DNA of 64,000 nucleotides from an uncultured Desulfocapsa sp. (GTDB lineage: Bacteria; Desulfobacterota; Desulfobulbia; Desulfobulbales; Desulfocapsaceae), in NCBI GenBank assembly GCA_964409855.1, contig CAYPEU010000001.1:10006-74005 (forward strand), given 5' to 3'. Under the pieces are notes generated by a model. That model was not told the origin of the DNA, made no database searches, and saw only the letters and a list, made by a program, of their open reading frames with translations. Shown piece after piece: positions 48,129-57,990 of this stretch (position 1 is the stretch's first letter; each line of letters starts with the position of its first letter). Position numbers and translations under genes: made by a program.

Positions 48129-48371
48129 ATGCGTCCCAAAAAAAGAGTGTTCCAGAGAGCAAAGGTCTGTCGTTTCTGTAGTGATCCCGAGCAACCGACC
48201 ATTGACTATAAAAATGTAAAAGTTATCCGAAGCTTTGTTACGGAAAGGGGAAAAATCATTCCTCGTCGTATTTACGGAACCTGTGCAACCCATCAGAGAC
48301 AACTTTGTGAGGCCATTAAACGTGCGCGGCAGATTGCACTCCTCCCATATGCAGGAACAACCCAGAGGTGA
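48129..48371 (+). CDS. rpsR: 30S ribosomal protein S18 (Zn-binding type)
   Basis: CRFC, IDYKN, GKIIPRR, CATHQR, AIKRAR. Confidence 0.96.
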   Translation: MRPKKRVFQRAKVCRFCSDPEQPTIDYKNVKVIRSFVTERGKIIPRRIYGTCATHQRQLCEAIKRARQIALLPYAGTTQR

Positions 48372-48396
48372 ACACCTCGACTAAGGTCGTCCAGCA

Positions 48397-49368
48397 GTGA
48401 GCCGGGATGTTGAAAAGCCAGGCGAAGTAAAATTCTATCAACCTATTTTACTGGTTTCCGGTATTATTCTTCTTCCCGGGCTCTTTGGGGCCATATTTGG
48501 TTGGGTGCATGGCTTCCTTCCACTTCTGGTCTTTTACCTCCTTCGCCGATATGGAAAGCGCGTAGGAGGGAAGTACATCCTTTTCGGATGTTTGCTTGCA
48601 GGAATTGCAGGCATCATGTTTCAGATTGTTGAGCAGTTGCTGTTCTCGCTCACCTTGATCCCCGCAGGATTTATCCTTGCTGACTCCGTAGAAAAAGGCG
48701 ACAGCATGTACCTGACAGGGATGAAAGGTGTTGCCGTACTTGCAGGATCCTGGCTTCTTTTGTCAACGATCATGGCAGTAGGCCTTGAACATCATCCATA
48801 TACCCTTTTACTGACAACGATCAATGAGGGAATGGATGAAGCAGTTGCCTACTACAGGGCAAACGGTTCCCTGCCTGAAGAGTCCCTTTATCTGCTGGAA
48901 GCCACCTTTCAACAGATGAAGGTTCTGTTGCCCAGGGTTATGCCTGCCATTTTGGCATGTATTGTCATTCTGATTGTCTGGCTTACCATGGTAGCCGGTA
49001 ATCAGCTGCTCTACAAAAAGATCGGCGACAGACCCTGGCCTGAGTACAGGTTCTGGACCTTGCCGGAAAGATTCATCTGGGGTCTTATCGCCTCTGGAGT
49101 TCTGGTTATCCTCCCCATGGAAGCGGGTAGGACTGTAGGAATGAATCTGCTTCTGGTCACAGGCCTTTTATACTGTTTTCAGGGCATAGCAATTATACTG
49201 TTTTATTTTTATAAATGGAGTGTACCTGTATTTTTACAGGCAATAATCTATGCCATCCTCTTCTTCCAGTCTTTTGGCGCCATTTTTCTTGCCATCCTGG
49301 GAGTGGCTGATGTCTGGTTTGACCTGAGGCGGTTGCGAAACGCTGAACACAAAACAGATACCCAATAA
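48397..49368 (+). CDS. YybS/DUF2232 family membrane protein
   Basis: Multiple TM segments, FQG, GVADVWFDLR. Typical position between rpsR and rplI. Confidence 0.82.
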   Translation: MSRDVEKPGEVKFYQPILLVSGIILLPGLFGAIFGWVHGFLPLLVFYLLRRYGKRVGGKYILFGCLLAGIAGIMFQIVEQLLFSLTLIPAGFILADSVEKGDSMYLTGMKGVAVLAGSWLLLSTIMAVGLEHHPYTLLLTTINEGMDEAVAYYRANGSLPEESLYLLEATFQQMKVLLPRVMPAILACIVILIVWLTMVAGNQLLYKKIGDRPWPEYRFWTLPERFIWGLIASGVLVILPMEAGRTVGMNLLLVTGLLYCFQGIAIILFYFYKWSVPVFLQAIIYAILFFQSFGAIFLAILGVADVWFDLRRLRNAEHKTDTQ

Positions 49369-49433
49369 GGAACCTTTGCTGCGAAGTATTTCTCAGGCAA
49401 GGTCGCTATACGAATGAACGTAAGGAGATCACA

Positions 49434-49895
49434 ATGGAAGTTATTTTAAAAGAGACTATCGACACCCTTGGCCGGGAAGGTGATATCGTCAAAGTAAAAC
49501 CCGGTTACGGGCGGAATTACCTGCTTCCCCAGGGAAAAGCAGTTCTTGCAAATGCTGGAAATATCGCTCTCTTCGAGGAGAATAAGGCTGCCATCGAGGC
49601 ACGTATCGCAGAGGAGATGAAGGCTGCCGATGCACTTGCAAAAAAACTGGCCGGCACCACCATTACCATTGCCATGCTTGCCGGCAGTGACGAGCGACTC
49701 TTCGGTTCGGTAACCAACGGTGACATCAGCAAACAACTTGCTGATGTCAACATCGATGTGGACAAGAAACAGATCCTTTTGCCTGAGCCAATTAAGGCCC
49801 TTGGCGAATCCACTGTGGCAGTCAAGGTTGGCTTCCAGAAAAGCGTCGACATTACTATCCAGGTAGTACCCTTGACAGAGACTGAAGAGGCCTGA
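49434..49895 (+). CDS. rplI: 50S ribosomal protein L9
   Basis: MEVIL, VKPGYGRNYLLP, LFGSVT. Confidence 0.96.
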   Translation: MEVILKETIDTLGREGDIVKVKPGYGRNYLLPQGKAVLANAGNIALFEENKAAIEARIAEEMKAADALAKKLAGTTITIAMLAGSDERLFGSVTNGDISKQLADVNIDVDKKQILLPEPIKALGESTVAVKVGFQKSVDITIQVVPLTETEEA

Positions 49896-49970
49896 TCAAC
49901 TATTGACTGCAGCCATGCGGATCAATGTTCCCATGGCTTTTGCCTTGTTGTCTGTTGAAACAGCAGACTC

Positions 49971-50014
49971 ACAACACACTGTCAGGGAACTCTCTGCACA
50001 GTGTGTTGTTTTTT
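49971..50014 (+). terminator. Probable intrinsic terminator between rplI and dnaB
   Basis: ACAACACACTGT...ACAGTGTGTTGT stem plus T-run. Confidence 0.6.
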
Positions 50015-50066
50015 GAGCTTCACCAGCCGCAGCTCACCTCATTTCTCCAGCCCAGCACCTTTTTTC

Positions 50067-51455
50067 ATGACCATACCCGCACCTGACTCCTCACACTCCT
50101 CGGTTCCCGGCGGGAGGATTCCACCGCAGAACAGTGCAGCGGAACAATCCGTACTTGGCACGATACTCCTTTCTGACAACTCTCTGACTGCAGTGCTTGA
50201 GACCCTTGAGAGTGACGATTTTTACCAGGACCGTCACAAACTCATTTTTGAAGCCATGGTTGCGCTCTTTGAAAAAAACGAACCGCAAGATATCATAACC
50301 GTTTCCAACCAGCTAAAAGACAGCAACAGTCTTGAAGACGCCGGTGACCTTGCCTATCTTGCCACCCTTACCTCTATTGTGCCGGTGACAGCGAATCTGC
50401 TTCACTATGCCAAAATAATCAGGCAAAAGGCGGTGCTCAGAAACCTGATTCGCGTCAACACTGAAATAGCCAGTCGTTGTTATGAAGAACAGGGCGACAT
50501 TGACACCCTGGTCGATGAGGCGGAACAGTCCATTTTTGAAATCGCACGCTCCAAATCCAATCAGAGTTTCACCCCCCTCAAACGGATCATTCCCACTGCC
50601 TTTGAAACAGTCGAACAACTCTACAAGAGAAAAGAGCTGATTACCGGGGTACCCACCGGATTCCCTGAGCTTGATAAGATGACTGCAGGGCTGCAGCCTT
50701 CCGATCTTATCATCCTTGCAGGAAGGCCATCCATGGGAAAAACCGCTTTTGCCATGAATATCGCCCAGAATGCTGCGCTTCTTGAAAAGACCGGCATTGC
50801 CATTTTCAGCCTGGAGATGTCCAAGGAACAGCTTGCCATGCGCCTTCTCTGCTCTGCCGGGCATATTGATTCCCAGCGCATACGGACTGGAAAACTGCAC
50901 AATGAAGACTGGCCGAAACTGACCCGTGCCGTGGGCATGCTCACAGAGGCCCCCATGTACATTGATGACACACCTGCAATCTCTGTGCTCGAGATGCGTG
51001 CCAAGGTCCGCAGGCTTGCTGCCCAAAACCCCCTTGGCCTTATTATTGTCGACTATCTGCAGCTTATGCGGGGGCGATCCGTTGAGAACAGGACCCAGGA
51101 GATCAGTGAGATCTCCCGCTCTCTCAAGGCCATGGCCAAGGAACTCCATGTGCCGGTCATTGCCCTTTCCCAGCTCAATCGCGGACTGGAAAGCCGCACC
51201 GACAAACGTCCCATGATGTCTGATCTCAGGGAATCAGGAGCCATTGAACAGGACGCCGATGTCATCTGTTTTATTTATCGTGACGAGGTCTATAACAAAG
51301 CTGACGACAACCCAGCCAGGGGGATTGCCGAAATCATTATCGGCAAACAGAGAAATGGACCTACAGGCACTGTCAAATTGACATTCATCAAAGAATTCAC
51401 TATGTTTGAAAGCCTGAGCGGATATGATGAACCTGAGGGCTTCCAAGCCGAATAA
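50067..51455 (+). CDS. dnaB: Replicative DNA helicase
   Basis: PPQN..AEQSVLG, GRPSMGKT, DYLQL, SQLNR, DLRESGAIEQDAD, KQRNGP. No intein seen. Confidence 0.96.
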   Translation: MTIPAPDSSHSSVPGGRIPPQNSAAEQSVLGTILLSDNSLTAVLETLESDDFYQDRHKLIFEAMVALFEKNEPQDIITVSNQLKDSNSLEDAGDLAYLATLTSIVPVTANLLHYAKIIRQKAVLRNLIRVNTEIASRCYEEQGDIDTLVDEAEQSIFEIARSKSNQSFTPLKRIIPTAFETVEQLYKRKELITGVPTGFPELDKMTAGLQPSDLIILAGRPSMGKTAFAMNIAQNAALLEKTGIAIFSLEMSKEQLAMRLLCSAGHIDSQRIRTGKLHNEDWPKLTRAVGMLTEAPMYIDDTPAISVLEMRAKVRRLAAQNPLGLIIVDYLQLMRGRSVENRTQEISEISRSLKAMAKELHVPVIALSQLNRGLESRTDKRPMMSDLRESGAIEQDADVICFIYRDEVYNKADDNPARGIAEIIIGKQRNGPTGTVKLTFIKEFTMFESLSGYDEPEGFQAE

Positions 51456-51510
51456 CCCCGCTTACCATTCTTTATCGACCGATAATGTTTTAACGTAACT
51501 TTTCTTCTAT

Positions 51511-51650
51511 CAGAAGTCAGGAGTGAGAAACCAGAATTGCATAAGGAGCCAATGGCTCACCAGGGACTTCGGGTTTTTCCCTCATAGTTTTATTCCAGCT
51601 AAGCTGTGAGAGAGGTTACTTCAATCCTGAATTTTCTATTCTCACTCCCT
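51511..51650. repeat. Heptamer-periodic inverted-repeat element between dnaB and leuS
   Basis: Left arm CAGAAGT CAGGAGT GAGAAAC CAGAATT; right arm AATCCTG AATTTTC TATTCTC ACTCCCT. Perfect 10-bp IR GGAGTGAGAA/TTCTCACTCC. Confidence 0.5.
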
Positions 51651-51696
51651 TAAAAGTTATTTATCTCAATAAGCTCAATCTTGTGAGGCAAGGCCC

Positions 51697-54195
51697 ATGT
51701 CTGCAAAGGATCACCAGGAAGCAATATACGATTTTCAATCCATAGAAGGAAAGTGGCAGGATCGATGGTTAAAGGATGCAACGTACAGGGTCACCACAGA
51801 CAGATCCAAAGAAAAGTACTATGTCCTGGAGATGTTCCCCTACCCTTCAGGACGCATTCATATGGGCCATGTACGCAACTATTCCATTGGGGATGTGGTT
51901 GCTCGCTACAAACGCTTTCGCGGCTATAATGTCCTCCACCCCATGGGCTGGGATTCCTTTGGCTTGCCCGCTGAAAATGCTGCCATAAAAAACAACTCTC
52001 ACCCTGCCCGCTGGACCTATGACAACATTGATTACATGCGTAATCAACTGCGTCAGCTTGGCCTCTCCTACGATTGGGAGCGTGAAGTTGCCACCTGTAA
52101 TCCCAAATATTACCGCTGGGAACAGCAGATATTTCTGGAGATGTATCAAAAAGGCCTGGTCTACCAGCAAACGACCACGGTAAACTGGTGTGATTCCTGC
52201 CAGACGGTTCTTGCCAACGAACAGGTCATTGACGGCACCTGCTGGCGCTGCGATGAGGCAGTGAAGGCCAGGAAGATGAATGGCTGGTTTTTCAAGATCA
52301 CTGCCTATACCGAGGAACTGCTTGCCGATCTGGACAAGCTCAGCGGCTGGCCTGAAAAAGTTGTTACCATGCAGCGCAACTGGATTGGCAAATCAACCGG
52401 CCTGCAGTGTGATTTTCAGGTAGAAGGCTTTGAGCAAAAGCTCTCCATCTTTACCACCCGGCCTGACACCATTTTCGGGATCACTTTCATGTCCATTGCT
52501 GCAGAGCATCCTCTGCTTGACACCCTGCTCCAGGACAATCCTCGTGCTCAGGAGATCCGCAGTTTCGTGCAGCGTCTTGCTGACGAAAAACAGCAGCAGT
52601 CAAACGAGGATCTCACAGAAAAAGAGGGCATCTTCACCGGACGCTACTGCATCAATCCCTTTAATGGCGACAAGGTTCCCATCTTCGTGGCCAACTTTGT
52701 TCTCATGGGATATGGAACAGGTGCGGTGATGGCCGTGCCGGCCCATGACCAGCGCGATTTTGAATTTGCAAAGAAATATGAGCTTCCCATAAAACCTGTG
52801 GTGCTGCCCAAAGACACGCAGCTGAACAGTGAGGAGATGACCGAGGCCTCTGTATTGCCAGGTGCACTCACTGATTCAGGCAAGTTCACCGGATTGGATT
52901 CCAAAGAGGCCCAACAGACTATCATCGACTTTGCCGCGGAACAAGGTTTTGGCTCTGCCCACACCACCTATCGTCTGCGTGACTGGGGGATCTCCCGTCA
53001 GCGCTACTGGGGCGCCCCTATCCCCATGGTCTATTGTGAAAAATGCGGGGTACAACCCGTTCCAGTGGATCAACTGCCCGTCACCCTTCCTGAAGACAAG
53101 GAGTCCCAGCAGAGTGAATGTGCTCCCCTGCACCAGCGGCCCTCTTTTTATGAGACCAGTTGCCCTGCCTGCGGAGGTGACGCTCGCAGAGAAACAGATA
53201 CCATGGATACCTTTGTTGAGTCATCCTGGTATTTTGCCAGATATGCAAGTCCGCGATTCACCGAGTCTCCGCTGAACAGAGAAGAGGCTTCACACTGGCT
53301 CCCCGTTGATCAGTATATTGGAGGTGTGGAACATGCCATCCTCCATCTCCTTTATTCCCGGTTTTTTACCAAGGTCCTTCGTGATCTCGGCTATCTCGAT
53401 ATTGATGAACCCTTTACCAATCTCCTCACCCAGGGGATGGTCATCAAAGATGGTTCCAAGATGTCAAAATCCAAGGGCAATGTTGTTGACCCCAGTGATT
53501 TGATCAAAGAATACGGAGCTGACACCACCCGTCTCTTCAGCCTCTTTGCAGCCCCTCCTGAAAAGGATCTGGAGTGGAACAGCAAAGGCGTTGAAGGATG
53601 TTTTCGTTTTCTCAATCGTATCTATCGCTTTGTCCTGGCCAATCAGGAATCGATCACAGCAGCAGAACAGTCTCTACCCGTTGAATTAAATAAAGCCGAA
53701 CGCGGCCTGCACCGCAAGACCCATCAGACCATCAAACGGGTGACCAACAATATTGAACAGAATTTTCACTTCAACACTGCCATCAGTGCAGTGATGGAAC
53801 TGGTGAACAGTCTCACGGCATCGACAGGAGAGAACAGCAAAGAATCTGTGGACAATTCCGTTACCTGTGAGGCGGTACGCACCATCCTCCTTCTCCTCTG
53901 CCCCATGGTTCCCCACTTTTGTGCCGAGCTCTGGGCCATCCTTCATGATGGTTCTTCCATTGATGAGGAACAGTGGCCAAAATGGGATGAGGAAGCAGCC
54001 AAAGAGGATGAGCTGACCATCGTCATTCAGATCAACGGCAAGGTTCGTTCAAGGCTCCAGGTGGCAGCTGATATTGATGAGACAAGCCTGCAGGCACTGG
54101 CCCTGGCAGACGAAAATGCCCAGAAATTTATTGCTGGAAAAACGATCAGAAAAACTATCGTGATCCAGAAGAAGCTTGTCAATATTGTTGTTTGA
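51697..54195 (+). CDS. leuS: Leucine-tRNA ligase
   Basis: MFPYPSG.IHMGH, TTRPDT, GTGAVMAVPAHD, KMSKS. Confidence 0.97.
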   Translation: MSAKDHQEAIYDFQSIEGKWQDRWLKDATYRVTTDRSKEKYYVLEMFPYPSGRIHMGHVRNYSIGDVVARYKRFRGYNVLHPMGWDSFGLPAENAAIKNNSHPARWTYDNIDYMRNQLRQLGLSYDWEREVATCNPKYYRWEQQIFLEMYQKGLVYQQTTTVNWCDSCQTVLANEQVIDGTCWRCDEAVKARKMNGWFFKITAYTEELLADLDKLSGWPEKVVTMQRNWIGKSTGLQCDFQVEGFEQKLSIFTTRPDTIFGITFMSIAAEHPLLDTLLQDNPRAQEIRSFVQRLADEKQQQSNEDLTEKEGIFTGRYCINPFNGDKVPIFVANFVLMGYGTGAVMAVPAHDQRDFEFAKKYELPIKPVVLPKDTQLNSEEMTEASVLPGALTDSGKFTGLDSKEAQQTIIDFAAEQGFGSAHTTYRLRDWGISRQRYWGAPIPMVYCEKCGVQPVPVDQLPVTLPEDKESQQSECAPLHQRPSFYETSCPACGGDARRETDTMDTFVESSWYFARYASPRFTESPLNREEASHWLPVDQYIGGVEHAILHLLYSRFFTKVLRDLGYLDIDEPFTNLLTQGMVIKDGSKMSKSKGNVVDPSDLIKEYGADTTRLFSLFAAPPEKDLEWNSKGVEGCFRFLNRIYRFVLANQESITAAEQSLPVELNKAERGLHRKTHQTIKRVTNNIEQNFHFNTAISAVMELVNSLTASTGENSKESVDNSVTCEAVRTILLLLCPMVPHFCAELWAILHDGSSIDEEQWPKWDEEAAKEDELTIVIQINGKVRSRLQVAADIDETSLQALALADENAQKFIAGKTIRKTIVIQKKLVNIVV

Positions 54196-54207
54196 GGATA
54201 CTATCGA

Positions 54208-54789
54208 TTGAAATCACTAATTTATTTGTCCAATCACGACCACAACTCATTGCGGAGCAGACAGTTGAAAACTTGTAAGCGTTTTATCCCTTTTGTCCTG
54301 GTAATCTTTTTCTTCCTTGCCTCTTGCGGGTATCATAATCCCTATGTCTATTCAGGCCCTGCTCGTGAACTCTATATTACCACCTGGCAGAATAGGACCA
54401 GCCAGCTCCTCCTTGACGCAAAAATCTACCAGTCACTGGTTCGCTGGTATCAAAAATCCGGAAAGATCACTGTCTCCAAAAAGAAAGAAGGTGCTCACCT
54501 TATTCTTGCCGGCGAAATCATCTCCATTGATCTCCCCAGCCTCTCTTACGGCGTTGACAGCACCGCCACCGAGGTGAAGGTTCTGCTCACAGTGCGCTAT
54601 ATCCTGAAAGATATCGAGACGGGAAAAGTCCTCATCGAGGTGCCAAAAGAAACTTGGACTGAAGAATATTCTGTGGGGGGTTCCTCCTCTGAAAGCGCAG
54701 ATAATGAACAAGATGCCCTGGCCATCATTATTGACGACCTCTCTGAAAAAATTTACCTGAAAACCTTGACCCAGTTGTCCAGGGAATAA
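54208..54789 (+). CDS. lptE: LPS assembly lipoprotein LptE (true start may be downstream)
   Basis: Lipobox LASCGY and canonical position after leuS. Confidence 0.78.
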   Translation: MKSLIYLSNHDHNSLRSRQLKTCKRFIPFVLVIFFFLASCGYHNPYVYSGPARELYITTWQNRTSQLLLDAKIYQSLVRWYQKSGKITVSKKKEGAHLILAGEIISIDLPSLSYGVDSTATEVKVLLTVRYILKDIETGKVLIEVPKETWTEEYSVGGSSSESADNEQDALAIIIDDLSEKIYLKTLTQLSRE

Positions 54790-54807
54790 TCAGAGTTAAC
54801 AGCACAT

Positions 54808-54844
54808 AAAAAAAGGGTGTTCCGGAAAGGAACACCCTTTTTTT
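54808..54844. terminator. Bidirectional intrinsic terminator
   Basis: A7-GGGTGTTCC-GGAAA-GGAACACCC-T7 between convergent lptE and tkt. Confidence 0.9.
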
Positions 54845-54867
54845 ATGGACAAACTATAGGGTTCTTC

Positions 54868-56814
54868 TTACGCCAACAACTTCTTCACCTTGTCGGCAAT
54901 GGATCTTCCGTCAAGCCCCTGATCAGCATAGAGATCTGAGGGTTTTCCAGATCCTCCGTATTTCCGTACGCCACAGCGCTGAAAAGTGATCCCCTTTCCT
55001 GCTTCGGCCAGCACGGTTCCAACCATACATCCCAGACCGGTTTCCACGTGATGATCTTCCACTGTCAACACCACCCCGCACTCGGCGGCCTTGAGTATAC
55101 TCTCCTTGTCCAGGGGGGTTAGGGAGGCCATGTTCAGGACAGTAACAGAACGTCCTTCTCCCTTCAGCAGTTCCCAGGCCTCCATCACCGCAGGAACAAC
55201 AGCGCCGTAGGTGATGATTGCGGCATCAGTGCCGCTACGCAGCCAGTCTGCTTTCCCGGCCTGGAACTGATAGCTCTCATCAAAGAATTCTGTCCCATCT
55301 TCTTTCAGGATCACAGGGGTCTTTGACCTTCCCATTCCCACAAAGACATTGCCCGTTTCTGTTGCCACATACCTGATGATCCTGTCTGTCTGGTTGGGAT
55401 CAGCCGGCATAAAGACTGAAGAACGAAAATAGTTACGAAACAGGCCAAGATAGTCAATGCACTGATGGGTGGGTCCATCTTCGCCCACATCCAGACCCAC
55501 ATGGGTGGCCACCACCTTGACACTGGCATGGTTGAAATCATTGAGTCGATTCTGGTTGTATACCTCTGACACGGCAAAGACACCAAAGGTACTGAAGAAT
55601 GGCACCAGCCCGACACTTGCCATTCCGCCGGCCATTGTTGCCGCATGGTGCTCCTGGATACCGGCTTCGATATAGGCAGTGGGAGAATGTTTATGGAAGC
55701 CCTGCATTTTGACAGAACCTTCAAGGTCACAGGAGATTCCGGCCACAACCATGTTCTCTTCTCTGTTGTTGGCTTCAGCAAGACTCTGCAAGGCATTCCC
55801 ATAGGCAGACCTGTTGTCGGTCATGGTTCCTGCCTCATAGAGGATAGGCTTACCACCTGTCACCTCCAATGCAACAGGGGAAAATTGCTGGATGGTTGCT
55901 GTGGATACCGGCTGCGCACGGAGCTCATTCCATTTATCAAACTCATCCTCCACCCCCAGTTCCTGTAGAGCGTCACCAAGGAGTTCTCTGCCAAGCGGTG
56001 ACCCATGATACTTGGCAAGGTTTTCCATAAAAGAAATGCCCTTGCCCATGGTGGTCCGAGCAACTATAACCGTGGGCTTTCCTGCTGTCTTGGCATAGGC
56101 CTCGCTGAATGCCTGATAATAGGCATTACAATCGTGGCCATCTTCAAGATATTTCACATCCCAGTCATTGGTGGAGTAAAGAGATCTTACTGATTGAGGC
56201 ATCACCTCTTCTGTAGAACCACAGATCTGCAGGTGGTTCCTGTCTACAACCACAATCAGATTATGTAAATCGTATTTATTGGCAAAACGTATGGCCTCTA
56301 TCACCTGCCCCTTTTGCTGTTCACCGTCACCCATAAAGACAACGACCTTATTAGAACGATTCTGGATCCTCAATCCTTGGGCAATACCAACACCAGTGGA
56401 CAAGCCCTGGCCAAGATTACCGGTATCCCATTCCACACCAGGAACAATTCGCTCAACATGGCCGGGAAAGCCGGAACCTGTACGGCGAAAACCGGTGAGA
56501 AAATCTTCCTCGGTAAAATAGCCGTACTCGGCAAGGGTCGAGTAGACCCCTGGGGAGACATGACCCATACTCATGATCACCCGGTCGCGATCCTCCATTT
56601 GTGGATCAGAAGGGTTATGACGAATACAGCCGTAGGTCACCAGAAGCATGTCCAGGGAAGAAAGTGAGCCGCCGGGATGTCCGGAGCCGGCCAGGGATGT
56701 TGACAGCAGAATATTTTTGGCACAGCGAAGACGCATCTCCTGCAGGGTGCGCAATTCCTCACTGGACAATTCGCTGGATTGCATAGTAAGTTGCAAGGTC
56801 ATTGAGATCTCCAT
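54868..56814 (-). CDS. tkt: Transketolase
   Basis: SGHPGGSLS, GNLGQG, GDGE TPP motif, GIQEH, GEDGPTHQ. Confidence 0.92.
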   Translation of the reverse strand: MEISMTLQLTMQSSELSSEELRTLQEMRLRCAKNILLSTSLAGSGHPGGSLSSLDMLLVTYGCIRHNPSDPQMEDRDRVIMSMGHVSPGVYSTLAEYGYFTEEDFLTGFRRTGSGFPGHVERIVPGVEWDTGNLGQGLSTGVGIAQGLRIQNRSNKVVVFMGDGEQQKGQVIEAIRFANKYDLHNLIVVVDRNHLQICGSTEEVMPQSVRSLYSTNDWDVKYLEDGHDCNAYYQAFSEAYAKTAGKPTVIVARTTMGKGISFMENLAKYHGSPLGRELLGDALQELGVEDEFDKWNELRAQPVSTATIQQFSPVALEVTGGKPILYEAGTMTDNRSAYGNALQSLAEANNREENMVVAGISCDLEGSVKMQGFHKHSPTAYIEAGIQEHHAATMAGGMASVGLVPFFSTFGVFAVSEVYNQNRLNDFNHASVKVVATHVGLDVGEDGPTHQCIDYLGLFRNYFRSSVFMPADPNQTDRIIRYVATETGNVFVGMGRSKTPVILKEDGTEFFDESYQFQAGKADWLRSGTDAAIITYGAVVPAVMEAWELLKGEGRSVTVLNMASLTPLDKESILKAAECGVVLTVEDHHVETGLGCMVGTVLAEAGKGITFQRCGVRKYGGSGKPSDLYADQGLDGRSIADKVKKLLA

Positions 56815-56937
56815 GATATGAATTAAAAAAACCAGCTCTTTTTCCTGTATTTCAAATAATATTGAAATGTTACCAGGGTCATTATATAGAAACTGTAAAT
56901 ACTACCTCTTTTGACAAAAAAAATCAGCAGTAAAAAT

Positions 56938-57870
56938 ATGTTCCAGATAGCCGACCTTTCCCTGAGCTCTCCATTTGTTTTGGCCCCACTGGCCGGATAT
57001 AGCGATCTCCCTTTCAGGCTGCTCTGTCGTCACTATGGGGCAGGCCTTGTTGTTTCGGAAATGATCAGCTGCCACGGGCTGCTCTACAGACAGGCCAAAA
57101 CTCTGAAAATGCTGGCCTCCTCGCCAGCAGAACAGCCGGTATCTTTTCAACTCTTTGGAGCTGATCCTGAGCTCATGGGAGAGGCGGCAGCCGTCCTGAA
57201 TGATTTTTCTCCCTCTTTGATCGATATCAACATGGGATGTCCTGTGAAAAAAGTAACCAAACGGGGTGCAGGCTCTGCCCTTATGAGAAATATCCCCCTT
57301 GCTGAAAAAATCATCTCGGCAGTTGTGGCAAAATCAGATGTACCAGTGACTGTCAAGACGCGTGCCGGCATAGATCAGCAGACAATGACAGCAATTGAAT
57401 TTGCTAAGATGAGTGAAGGGGCTGGGGCCAGCGCCCTAACCGTTCATGGGCGAACGTGGTCTCAGGGCTTTTCCGGAAATGCGGACTGGGATGTGGTTCG
57501 GCAGGTCAAGCAGGCGATTGCCATACCGGTTATCGGCAATGGAGATATCAGCAGTTATGAGCAGGGGATCGCCCGCATGGAGGAAAGCGGATGTGACGGG
57601 ATCATGATAGGACGCGCTGCACTTGGCAATCCGTGGGTTTTCAGTAAAAAAGGGAGGCCGCAAAGCCTGCCTGAGATCCTTGTCGGGGTCAACCAACATA
57701 TGAAACTCATGGAACAACACCTCGATACCAAGAGGGTACTGGCCTATATCAGAAACCAGATTGGACGCTATTTTTGTCATTTTGCCGGAAGTTCACAGAT
57801 ACGAAAATCTATTCACCAGTGTGAAACCTTTGGCCTGTTACAGGAGTTCATCTCATCTCTTTCCAGATAA
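56938..57870 (+). CDS. dusB: tRNA-dihydrouridine synthase
   Basis: LAPLAG.SD.PFR, QLFG, INMGCP, HGRT, GNGD, MIGR. Confidence 0.88.
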   Translation: MFQIADLSLSSPFVLAPLAGYSDLPFRLLCRHYGAGLVVSEMISCHGLLYRQAKTLKMLASSPAEQPVSFQLFGADPELMGEAAAVLNDFSPSLIDINMGCPVKKVTKRGAGSALMRNIPLAEKIISAVVAKSDVPVTVKTRAGIDQQTMTAIEFAKMSEGAGASALTVHGRTWSQGFSGNADWDVVRQVKQAIAIPVIGNGDISSYEQGIARMEESGCDGIMIGRAALGNPWVFSKKGRPQSLPEILVGVNQHMKLMEQHLDTKRVLAYIRNQIGRYFCHFAGSSQIRKSIHQCETFGLLQEFISSLSR

Positions 57871-57990
57871 GGTTCTTTTTCGTTTTTTTAAAAAAAATCA
57901 GCACCAGTTATTCTCCTTTTGAGCCGATTGTGCTTTTCTGGTATAGAAGAGAATCTACTATCATTCACACTGCAGGGAGTTCATTGGATT

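Noticed and set aside
51456-51696. T-box leader upstream of leuS
   Set aside because: No GGTGGNACC T-box sequence or terminator/antiterminator pair found.
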